From Vitrella brassicaformis CCMP3155 (lineage: Eukaryota; Protista; Chromerida): 64,000 nt of DNA. Positions 50,820 through 61,158 of the stretch are shown one piece after another. The DNA is taken from the NCBI GenBank assembly GCA_001179505.1, contig CDMY01000989.1:62001-126000 (forward strand). Direction: 5' to 3'. The position numbers and the translations under genes are program-made. The notes under the pieces were generated by a model. That model saw nothing but the letters and a program-made list of their open reading frames with translations. It ran no database searches and had not been told where the DNA came from. The first letter of the stretch is position 1; the number at the start of each line of letters is the position of its first letter.

Positions 50820-50945
50820 AGGCATAAGCCAGACGACCAACCGACCCGCAGCCACGACGCACCCTACGCACTTGTGGGATTCCTATGGTTTAGCGAGATA
50901 TTCGGCTATGTTCTGCACTCCAGCGCCCGCAACCACCACACCATC
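50820..50945 (+). repeat. Inverted fragment of the 5' exon of the 50991-52350 gene
   Basis: ttgtgggattcctatggtttagcgagatatt is shared in opposite orientation with 52170-52300. Confidence 0.8.
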
Positions 50946-50990
50946 ACACCACCACACCACCACACCACTCTACACACCACTGCCCGCCGG

Positions 50991-52350
50991 TCAGTTGCTG
51001 CCGCCCCTCCGCGCCGCCGCCCGTGTGTTGGGCTTGGCCTCCACCTGCAACCTGCGGAAGGTATCCGACAGGCGCAGGTGGCCGAGCGTGTTGCGGTCCG
51101 TGCAGTAGCGGGCAGCATTGCGGAGGCGGCGCTCGACGAAGGACGTCTCGCCCTCGTTGCCGCGGGGGGGGCAGGGGCTCTCCTTCTCAAACCTGAAGAA
51201 CATACAGCCACAAGCACACACCCGTTGCCCATCGGTCCAGATCCATGTGTGCCTTTCATGATTCGCCTACGTTTCCAGCACGTGGTTGAGTTGGGCGTTG
51301 CTGAAGTCCCAGCCCTGCGGCACTTTGCCGTCGCTGCCAGCCACTCCGAAGAGCGCCGGCAGCAGGCCAAGGCCGCGGGAAGGGTCCGACAGCAACCACC
51401 CCACACTCAGCACCTCCTCACTCCACTGGCCCCTGACCACACAACAGACACACACACAGAAAGAGAGACGATGACTGATTGACTGCCCGATTGACTGGCT
51501 CCCGCGGCGCCCTCACACTTACGGGAGGAGGGGACCGTCGTCGAGGAGGCCGTTGATGAAGGGCGCATACGTGTCCTTGTCGATGTGGCTGTTAGCCACC
51601 TTGTCCCTCGCCCTCTGCACCCTCTCCTCCTCTCCTTCCTCCTCCTCCTGCCTCTTGGTGGCGTTATCGTCGTCGCGTGACGGGCGGTCCTCTCCCCGCA
51701 CTTCGGCCGTCTCTTGTTGGTCCAGGCCGAACAGCTCCTCGATGGTGCCGTATCGGCCCGGCAGCTTGATGTCAGGCTGGCCGTCGACGGTCCTAATCCA
51801 CCAGTGCCCACCCGCCTTGTACAAGACTACACACCCGTCGACGATGACAGGTTGTAGCCCTGACTCTTGAATGATTAGGCAGATGGGCACCACTACACAC
51901 CACCACCAAATAATGATGCACCATTCCCACCTGGGCCAAACACACACACAGAGCATACGAGAGAATCTTCCTCTTTTGCACTGCACCGTATCCATGCATG
52001 CATCTGTGCAAATGTTACTTCGGGCAGACGCGCCAGATTATAATGAGGGTATCGATGAATACCCACAAAAAGTAGAGGGGGCCTTTGTTGTGCGTCTGGC
52101 CGTCAGTCATCTCCAAGTAATCTAACACACGGGGTATGACGGCGTCGAGGCTGAGGGTGATGTGCTCATTCGTGCGGTGGTTGCGGTGGCTGAAGTGCAG
52201 AACATATCCAAATATCTCGCTAAACCATAGGAATCCCACAAACCCATGGGGTGCATCGTTGCTGCGGGTCGGTTTATCGTCCGGCTTCTCCTGGTGGTTT
52301 TTCTTTATCTTGTCTATCAGCTTAATGCATTTTTTGCCTTTAGGAGGCAT
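50991..52350 (-). CDS. Hypothetical lineage-specific protein; integrity uncertain
   Basis: MPPKGKKCIK..LYFLWVFIDTLIIIWRVCPK / RWEWCIIIWWW..GLLDDGPLLP exons with GT-AG borders. The 3' exons are not fully resolved. Confidence 0.45.
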
Positions 52351-53899
52351 GGCGGCGAGAGGAGGGCAGCAGCTGGCGGCGAAAGCAGCGGCACAGCAGC
52401 TGGGATGAATGCACAACTAGAGGTCGTGCACGCGGCCGGGTCGCGATGCAAGCTCGCCTGCATCGCACTCGCACAAGCAAAAACCAACGCAGCAGCCATT
52501 CTGATGACGGGAAGGTGCTCAGGCTGACCCGGCAGATGCGCCGCTCCATCACTGCAATGCGCCGAGGAGAGCCCATTCTCAAAGGTCGGCTGGCTGCCAC
52601 ACACTGCTGAGTGACACAGACACGACGATCATCCGGCAAGGTGACAGTCACAGCGGGTGAGGGTGGCGTCACGATGACGGGCAGCCAGTCAACAGGACGT
52701 TCTGATGTGTACGGGCTGTTCTCGTCACTCTCCGTCACTTGCATCGCTCTGCGTGGCCTGTTGACAGGCCAAGGAGCAAGCACACGAGCCGACACGGTCA
52801 CCTATACACAAGCAGAGAGTGCCTTGACACGAGGGAGTGGCGGCCGTGGCGCCTCGGCCATGAGTGGGAGTGCGTCAGACAAGCAGCGGTGAGAGGGCGG
52901 CGAAGCAACGCCAAGCAATGACTGATTTTGGCTGCAATGTGTTTGTACGTGTGTGCAGGTGACTGCTATGGCGACAGTGAGGCCAAAACCATGGAATCAA
53001 CCCAACGGAATGAAAGGAAACAGCGGGCGGCGTAAACAATTTGAAGGCGAGATCGGTTTTGTCGTGACCGTCACGTTTTGCTTGCTTTGCGTGTGTTTGG
53101 ATGTGTACAGGCCTTTCAGGGGTCGGCTGTGCGACGAGGAGAGGAGGCAAACGAGGTGCGTGTGCGTGGCATCTGTACAGGTGGGTGATCTCGCTGTGCT
53201 GGCTGCGCTTGGCGAATGGACGGGTGTGTGTGTACGCATATGTACAGCGCACAGTCTGTCTGTGCCTCATCGTCACCATTCTGTCCTTCTCTGTACGTCT
53301 GCAGGCTCACGATCGCGGGGAGCGGAGGGACTGATGCGTTGTGCTGCGTTCTGTTGTGTGTGTGCACACATTCTTATGGACGTCGGCATGTCTGCGTCAA
53401 CGTCGGCCGCATTGATTGGCTGCCCCATTCATTTGCTCACAGCCAGGTACGCAGCAAGGCACGCGAGGGCGTCGAGGGCATCCGTATGTGTGTGCATCTG
53501 TGACCGTTGTGTGGGGGGGTGCAGGCGTTTTCTCGTGTCGCCATGCAGCGGTCTCTGTGCGCAGAGAAGGGCTTCACACTCGAGTATGAAGGCCATGCGT
53601 CGTACTGTGGTGTGTGTGTGCGTATTTGTGTGTATACGCTGTGTTCAGGTGTGGCCGTGGCGGCGGGTCACCTCTGCGATGGGGCTGATCTGATGATCGG
53701 CCATCTCGCCCATCGATGGGTGGAGTGTGTCCGCTCATGCCGCCACATCGCTGCTCTGGGGGTGGGGGGCATCGCTGCGGCTGTGTGGGCGTGTGCGGAT
53801 TCTCGAGGGTGGTGACGGCACTGCGATCACATCGCTGCAATAGCTGCAACAGGTACGGGTTTGACGATGTGCGTGGACACGAGAGCTCGAAGTTGGGAA

Positions 53900-54220
53900 C
53901 TTTCACGTGTGTGGCCGATATGTGCGTGTCAGGTGTTGCGGAAAGGCGTCAGCTTCGTTGGTATCAATCACACACCACAGAGATCGGTGGCGCAGTGAGC
54001 TTCGTCAATCGATGTGGGTGTGTGTTGCCATTGATCAGGTCAGAGCTGTGTGTATGTGTTCATCGACGGCCATGAAGGTAAGTGACACGTGAGCAGGCGG
54101 TCGAGTCAGTTTAGTGCAGCCATATGTATGTGTGTGTGTTGGCGATTGATTGGTGCAGGTGAGTGGCGGCTGGACAGACGTGGTGTGTGTTGGTGATGTG
54201 CGAGATACCGAGCGCATCAT
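53900..54220 (+). repeat. Fragment of the partner-gene family, inverted homolog of ~59945-59980 and 60390-60580
   Basis: gtgttgccattgatcaggtcagagctg..gaaggtaagtgacacgtgagc matches the reverse complement of 60390-60580 and encodes GQSCVYVFIDGHEG/EWRLDRRGVC. Confidence 0.8.
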
Positions 54221-54562
54221 TTGTATCTTCACGTCCGGTTGCACCGAATGCATTGGAACGTCACGCCCGATCGCTGGCCGGCCATCGGCCTGTGTGTTTT
54301 TGTCAAGTGTCGCTCATTTGTGCATAGATACATGCAGATGTTGTTACGCTCTCTTTCACATCAATGAATGGCGCTGCGCTCACACAGTCCATCCAGCCAT
54401 CCATCGCGTACAATCACATCACACCCAGCAAAAGAGCAAGAGAGCAGCATATTGAAATGCATGTGTTGGCACTTGTGGATACACACACAAGAACATGCAC
54501 ACACGGCCACTGGTCGGACACACGAATGTCCCACGCATACACACAGCCGTGCATTCCACCCG

Positions 54563-55244
54563 TCAGTTGTCTTGGATGAGCGTTCGGCGAATCTTCGCCT
54601 CTTTGTCGACGTGTATTTCGAAAGCGTTGTTGGCCCAATTAAACTCTCTGCTCACACACATACACACGGACAGAATAGCAAGCATAAGTGTAATTTGGGT
54701 CTCTTGTTGTCTGCTCATGTGGATGCCCTAATCTCGTCGGTCATACGCTCACTCCTTCGCCCACTCGACTTTGAAGTTAGTCAGCACATACTCCTGCACA
54801 CACAAGGACACCGCACACGTGCACGTCTCGTCATATATTCATGCCCGCCAGCTGCCTGCCCTTCTGCTCACCTCATCGACGCGTGGGTGGCGGGCGAACT
54901 TATCGACACCCCTCCCAAACACGCACACCTTGATGTACCCCTGCTGCCCTACATGCACACAAGATATGGCCACAGCGGCTCATCCCCTGGGCACATTTTT
55001 ATTCTCCGTGTGTGGCTTACGCTGTCGTCGCTAAGCAGCATGCTAAACATGCGCCCCACCCGGCCGTCCCGCTTCATGTAGTCTTTGATGCCCCCCCTGC
55101 ACAATTGAGGCATATACATGAGGTCGTGTGATGTGTTGTCGCTTGCGCTTACACGCGCCTCACACGCCCTCGTATGGCCGTTCGTCGGCCGGTCCTTCTC
55201 CCCACCACCAGGTCCATGATCCGGACCTCAACCACTGCACTCAT
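54563..55244 (-). CDS. Stand-alone RPA70 DBD-A-like OB-fold protein (120 aa, 5 exons)
   Basis: Exons 55244-55153, 55096-55021, 54940-54872, 54793-54753 and 54647-54563 (92/76/69/41/85 nt) are all GT-AG and phase-consistent. Product: MSAVVEVRIMDLVVGRRTGRRTAIRGRVRRVGGIKDYMKRDGRVGRMFSMLLSDDSGYIKVCVFGRGVDKFARHPRVDEEYVLTNFKVEWAKEEFNWANNAFEIHVDKEAKIRRTLIQDN*. It resembles RPA70 [26 protein letters not shown]..NDYEM. Confidence 0.82.
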
Positions 55245-55429
55245 GTGCAAAAACATCCATCACACATTGCATGGTGCTTTGCTGATGCATTCCTCTTGCA
55301 ACGAGCTTACTGGCGGTACGGCGGGGGTTGGAGTTTCTTCGTGTTGCCTTGTTGGCCAAACAGATCACCAGCAGCAGCGACGCGAATTGTGGAACACACA
55401 CACTCCGCTCGGTTTTGACCCCAAGTGGG

Positions 55430-55830
55430 GCCTGAAAACCCTTACCCTTGAAGCGCAAACCCTACTCTGCCCACCACCAACACACTAACCAAACCAAACT
55501 CCTTCGCCTCCCTTCACGGGCAGATCTACCTTCGGTTGACTGTGCCTCTCGTCGGCGAGAGAGATCTGCCGCACTCGTCGGTCAGCCAGCCATGACGCCT
55601 CTCTCTCGACAACGGGATCTCCTGGACTTGCGGCTGCCGACACCGGAGCATCCCTCTCCGTGTGCTGCCATTGCCCTTCAGCAGCCGCACTCGACCAACG
55701 ACCTGCACGCCGGGGCTGCTGACACAAACCCGAGCAGTGAGCTCCAAACTCGCGCAATGCCACACGACGGGCGAATGACACCTGTGCATCTGTCTGCTGC
55801 AGACACACAAAGGGCTGTGTTTCGCTTGCT
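55430..55830 (+). repeat. Promoter and 5' part of partner gene, inverted homolog of 60600-60970
   Basis: agatctaccttcggttgact..gagagatctgccgcactcgtcggtcagcc..atgac is shared in opposite orientation. It includes AAACCCTA at 55457-55464 and TAGGGTTT at 60939-60946. Confidence 0.85.
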
Positions 55831-56039
55831 TCGTGAGCGGAGGGCTTGGCGCTGATTGCGGACATTCTGTGTGGCCGGGGCACGCACACGGCGGCGACTT
55901 GCCTGTGTCCATCTCTGTGTGTGTGGATGTGTGTATCAGGCGTCGAGGGCGGTTGGTATCGGCGCATCACTTCACATTCTCTGCAGATAAGTCGCGTCTA
56001 CTCATCGACGGCACGTCCGTCTCACACGAATTCTCCCGT

Positions 56040-58418
56040 CTATACATCACGATAATACAGCAGGTATTCTACATACGACTGGGCTACGTCGTAGACGGCC
56101 AGCTGCACACACAAAGAGAGGGAAATCACATCAATGACGTCCCTGCTTGCGTGTGTCCGTGTCAGTGCGGCTCAGCTCACCTCGTGGTGGTGCAGTCGGA
56201 TCGCCATACTTCCCTCCCTCGCCAGCACGCTGTCGAAGCCGTGCGGTGCCGCCCGAGCATCGTTGCGGGTACTCCCGCAAGCGTCGAAGAGGCGGCCGAG
56301 GGTCACGCGGCAGAGCAGCATGACCCTCAGACCGCCCCTGCCCGGCTGGCTGAAGGCATGCACTGCATCGACACACGCATATACACATCAAGGTGAGTGA
56401 CTGCAATGGTGGACACGACATAAATGAATGGGCTGATGGGTGTCACGTGTTTCTCTCACCCTTGCAGGCCTGTGTGGCAAAGTATGAGGCGTGTCCCAGC
56501 ATCCCGCTACTCACCGATGGGTCGAGGCCGCCCGCGAAAATCCCCTGCACGCACACGTACGGACACACACAAGTCGACGCATCACATGCATTGTCCATCC
56601 CCTTGTTGTCTGTTGTCTGTCCGTCTGTGTGCTTACCTCTACAGCATCCAGCTTCGTGCCGTGGAACATGTAGTACTCATTTATCGACGGGTCTACGCCC
56701 GTGCCGTCCACCGGCCCCTCGTCACCCTCTTCCCCCATCGCCCTGGCGAGCTGGTGGGTGGGCACACCCATGTCGGCCAAAGTGCGCATGCCGCCGCTGC
56801 CGGCCCGGCCCGCCCTGATGGCCTCCCTCGCCACGTAGGCGCTCGCGTGGTGTTGGTGCCACACACGCAGCACCCGCACCACGCCGGTGTTGAGGAGGGA
56901 GCCGATGTGGCGGCAGTGGCAGTGGCCATGGCGGCGGTGTCCATGGGACGTGCGGCGCAGCAGGTCGCTGAAAAGCGCCACCGTTGCGGCCGTGACGTCC
57001 TCCAGGACGTACCCTGGCCCCTGCAGGACGGGGAAGGGGGACGGGCTGGGGATGTGCTGGGCGGGAGCAACGGCAGCAACGCCGTGGATTGCCACAACGG
57101 CGACCATCTGATGAAATGAGCAAGGAGAAGACACTCACTTCGGCAAAGAGGCGTTTGAGGATTGAATCTACGTGGATGGGTCGGTGTCGTCGGGCGCCAG
57201 CAGCACCACCGCCAGCAGCGGGGGCTGGGGGAGCTTGAGCAGCAGCAGGTGGGGCGGGGGCAGCCGGGGGGAGCGCACCTGAAGAGTGAGACATCGAAGA
57301 GGAAGTTCTATCCGTGTGTATGCGTGCAACGGGGGCTTCATATCATGTGATGGATGCGTACACTCTCGTATGATGGTCTCGGTCTCGAGGTATATCTCGT
57401 AGCGATGGCCTGTCGTGTTGTATTGCCTGAGGAAGGAGAAACAGACAGTGTGTTGCATGACGCGTCCACGTCTCTGTCCATAATCGTGTTGACTTGTTTT
57501 TGTGTTTGACGGTGAAGTCGGCTAGGCAGTATTTCTGTCAACAGCACATAGACCAATAAATACATCGGCAGATTCTCAAGGCCTTCCTGTCTGTCCATGA
57601 ATGTCGCCCATCTTACTTTGTCCTTGGCCATCTTGTTGTAGTGTGCGGCGGCGGCCTGCCCGAAGGCGCACACCTTTATGTCCTCCTGACATCAACACAC
57701 AAGTCATGAATGCGACACACACATCGAATGGTCATTATCTTGCTCTGTGCTCACCTGCCCTTGTCTTAAGTGTAGAGAAAAACATGCTGCTGCCGTTGCT
57801 GCAGGTGCCCAGCTGCGATCTGGACAGTGAGACACATCAGATGATAGAGAAAGAATCAAATGGCGGCCGCAAGCCCTCGCTGCATCCCATCCTGTGCTTG
57901 CAGGCACTCACATTGACGTCACCGTGGCCTCGATGACCTGCATCGCCGACCGCCCGACCCGCAGGTCGGCAAGCAGCATGGGCTGCCGCTCAGCGGCGGT
58001 GGCGTGCAGGTGCCTGCCACGCCTGAGCGAACACATACACATCATATATGTGTGCGTGTTCAACCTTCATTGCAATGCAATCCCTACCCGTCGCCTCGGA
58101 CATGGACGTTTTTGATGACTATGCAGTCCCCCTTCTCTATGTCCCTGGCCGCCGGCAGGTCGATGGGTATGAGGGCCGTGCGACTCCCGTCATGAACTAT
58201 ACACCTACAGTTGCATGCATCATGCATGCCGTCATACATCGTCTGTCAGCTAGGCAAGGCACACATGCAGTAAAGCAGTCTTTATATATACTCTCGTGGA
58301 TTGCTTACTTGAGCTCAGCGGGGGTCTTGTTGATGATCTTTGCCACCCGCAGCTTCCTGGACTCCCTCCCTTGCCCCGTGAGCAACCCAACTATGTCCAA
58401 TGGCGTTGCCGCCGCCAT
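56040..58418 (-). CDS. RPA70-like OB-fold(s) fused to a tankyrase-like PARP (ADP-ribosyltransferase) catalytic domain; 12 exons, ~505 aa, one 1-nt phase anomaly in exon 4
   Basis: Exons 58418-58309, 58204-58088, 58022-57912, 57819-57755, 57685-57617, 57534-57494, 57426-57362, 57278-57139, 57107-56637, 56544-56460, 56362-56181 and 56102-56040 are all GT-AG. OB part: LLADLRVG..IEATVTSISQ..FSLHLRQGQEDIKVCAFG..KYCLADFTVKHKNKQYNTTGHRYEIYLETETIIREC. PARP part: NEYYMFHGT..GLDP..GMLGHASYFA..VMLLCRVTLG..APHGFDSV..HELAVYDVAQSYVEYLLYY*. Confidence 0.85.
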
Positions 58419-58759
58419 GGCTGTCTCCTCCTCTCCTGCGAAGCCTGTCGGCTCCTGTCGACGTCTCTGCTGTTGGGCGAAGCGCAGGCGATTGAACAGC
58501 TTTGAATGAGCAGCTGTTGTTGTGTGGGCGGCTGGCTTTTCTGGCCCCCCGTCTCATAGCTCGCGTGATTTACAAACCCGGAGGAAGGGGGCGAATTCGA
58601 AGGGCAAGAGGGTGTGTCGAGGCAGCACGGGGCAAGCTGTGAGGGCGCAATCACTTTTCCCCGCCTCTGGTCTGCACCCAGCTGGGTCTGCACACTTTGG
58701 ATCTGCCGCACCCGGCGGTCTCATTCATCCATCATCCATCAGGAAGAGCCAGATCTCTG

Positions 58760-59518
58760 ATGGGTAAGCAGCAGCGGCAGCGTCGTCGTGCCGGCAAGGG
58801 AGCCCATCAGCCGATGGTCACGAGTCAGGACCTGCGGGAGGCGGCCGAGCAGCACGCCATGCAGGAGATTATGACCAGATGACACGACTACTTTGACGAG
58901 ACCATCGTCACAAAGGCAAGGCCATACAGCAAGCACAAGAGGTGCATGAATGGCTGTCGATGGCTGTCTGTGTGGTTCCATCAGCTGAACAGCACCGACT
59001 GGCGGACGCGGGAGCTGTCGTGCATAGCTCTTAGCAACATCCTCTCAGACCCATCGTTCGTCTATTTCAGCGGTTTCTGTGGATTGTGTTGGAGTGTGCG
59101 GCCGACAGCAAGACGCCCACACTCGTCCTCGTGGAACTCCTCGATGCGCTCTTCGACGTCTTCGCCGGTCAGTGTGGTTGGGGCATCCACACACACACAC
59201 ACACACACACACACGAGCCACCATGCATCTGTGCGTGCGTGTGTGTATGTGTGGTCAGAGGATGACAGCAACGATCTGCTGCGTGACGCGGATGCAATCA
59301 AGACCCTCGGCAGACTCAAGGGGCCCCTCAAGAGAGCGGTCAGCACACACACACACACACACGGACTCACACACACATCAGCAGATCTGCATGGCCATTG
59401 ATGCGTGCAGGTGCGGGGCAGGTCAGTGGCATTTGACGAGTCGAGTGTGTGTCGTGTGGAGGAGGTGGCCGACAACCTTGAGGCCTTCATCGACTACAAG
59501 AGACAACACAACACATAG
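58760..59518 (+). pseudogene. HEATR3: HEATR3/Syo1-like pseudogene with premature stop and large internal deletion
   Basis: MGKQQRQRRR N-terminus, an in-frame TGA at 58880-58882, and KLNSTDWRTRELSCIALSNIL. This joins almost directly to the C-terminal ELLDALFDVFA..EEVADNLEAFIDYK typical of HEATR3/Syo1. The central HEAT repeats are absent. Confidence 0.7.
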
Positions 59519-60079
59519 ACAGATTATCGCTATGGCAATGCAGCCGCCGAGAGGGGGAGCTACGTGGCTTGTCGCCCGTCATCACATTCTACGCCATACA
59601 CACCCTCACAGGCTCTTTACGCATGCAGGTTTGCGCGTGTTTGTGTGTTGCATGCAGTTGCGAGGGAGGTGCCCTGCGTGCGACATGGGTGCTGTGTATG
59701 CCGAATCGCTGACTGACCCATCGGCAGATGATGGTCGCCAATTCGGTCGCCTGCGGTTTCTGCGTGTATGACTGTGTGTGAAGGCGTTTCTCACTGCTGG
59801 ATGCAGTTCACTATGCATTGCTGGGTCGATAGCGTCCACAATCGAAAGACACACCAGATGATCGTCAATGTTGTCTGGAAGCCCCAAATCTAGGGATGTC
59901 TTCACACACCTTCCACGCATAAAAAAAGTCATCCCGACCCTCCGCAACACCTGACACGCACGTATCGGCCACACACGGAAAAGACAAGTCAGCACCGCTC
60001 CTGTGGAAGACAATGCCAGCTGTCTGTCAGTCTACTCACCCATCACATTCACATCAGAAGCGACACACACACACGCACA

Positions 60080-60825
60080 CCACCCACCTACAAGGCACCG
60101 CCCCGCCTCCTTCAAGGCTGCTGATCATCGGTCACCTCCCTGTCTCTCTCTCTACCGCCCCACTCACACCTCGCCCATCCCCCCCCTCACCCATATGTGA
60201 TTGGCTAGTAGAATGCTCTTTGCCTGCCGTACTCATCCGTCCACACCCCGACGGGCTGTGGTGGCACGTAGAGCACCGCCTGCAGCACGCGCCAGCCGCC
60301 CCTGCCGCTCGACACTTTGGCGACGGTCTCGATCGACGTCATAGCCGGCCGATGACTGGACTTGATTGACCTGTGCGGCTGATGGGAGTCGGTATCTCGC
60401 ACATCACACACACCACGTCTGTCCAGCCGCCACTCACCTGCACCAATCAATCGCCAACACACAGACATACATATGGCTGCACTAAACTGACTCGACCGCC
60501 AGCTCACGTGTCACTTACCTTCGTGGCCGTCGATGAACACTTACACGCAGCTCTGACCTGATCAATGGCAACACACACCCACACACACACACACACACAG
60601 ATGTCTCGATTGCCTTCTGTGTGTCCGTCTGACTGTCCATCCAGGTATGAACAGACGCACACAGCAGGTCCCGAGGCCAGTCAGCGCCGATGGGTCGGTG
60701 TGCAGCTCCGTCATGCAGGTCGTTGGTCGAGTGCGGCTGCTGAAGGGCAATGGCAGCACACGGAGAGGGATGCCGCGGACCGGTAGCCGCAAGACCAGCA
60801 CATCCCGTTGTCGAGAGAAAGTCAT
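60080..60825 (-). pseudogene. Partner gene of unknown function, inactivated
   Basis: MTFSRQRD.. / GQSCV*VFIDGHEG (TAT->TAA versus the 54 kb copy) / EWRLDRRGVC..WRVLQAVLYVPPQPVGVWTDEYGRQRAFY*. Head-to-head with the 61159 OB gene. Confidence 0.5.
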
Positions 60826-61158
60826 GGCGGGCTGACCGACGAGTGCGGCAGATCTCTCTCGTCGACGAGAGGCAAAGTCAACCGAAGGTAGATCTCGCTG
60901 CCGGGAAAGGTGGCCCCAAACCCTTGCTGCGGGCCAAGTAGGGTTTGCGCTTCAAGGGTAAAGGTTTTCCAGCCCCCCGGGTGCGTCTCGGAATCAGATC
61001 GGTGGGCTCTTTCGAGGCCATCTCTGTTGCTGCTGCTGACGCTCTCTCTTTGCTGCTGCGGCGTCAAATCGTTTCAAACGAAACTCGTCTGCTGCCCGAC
61101 ACTGCCAAGAGTAAGGCCCAGTTCGAGGCCGAACTCCATGCGCAACGCTCTTTTGTGT

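Noticed and set aside
52755-52775. GLLTGQG, identical to the N-terminus of the OB-PARP protein
   Set aside because: The flanking residues show no similarity, so a 7-aa match alone does not support paralogy.
52950-53700. Series of GT-AG-bounded exon-like segments on the + strand (e.g. PFRGRLCDEE, VGDLAVL)
   Set aside because: They could not be joined into a consistent frame or assigned to a family. They are probably another decayed gene but are not supportable.
57362-57426. WWE domain upstream of the PARP domain (initial guess from RYEIYL)
   Set aside because: Once spliced, the exon continues KHKNKQYNTTGHRYEIYLETETIIREC, which aligns with the end of RPA70 DBD-A and with the stand-alone OB genes.
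58880-58882. Selenocysteine or readthrough at the in-frame TGA of the HEATR3-like gene
   Set aside because: The gene also lacks its whole central region and has a non-canonical donor, and no SECIS-like context was seen. Pseudogenisation is simpler.
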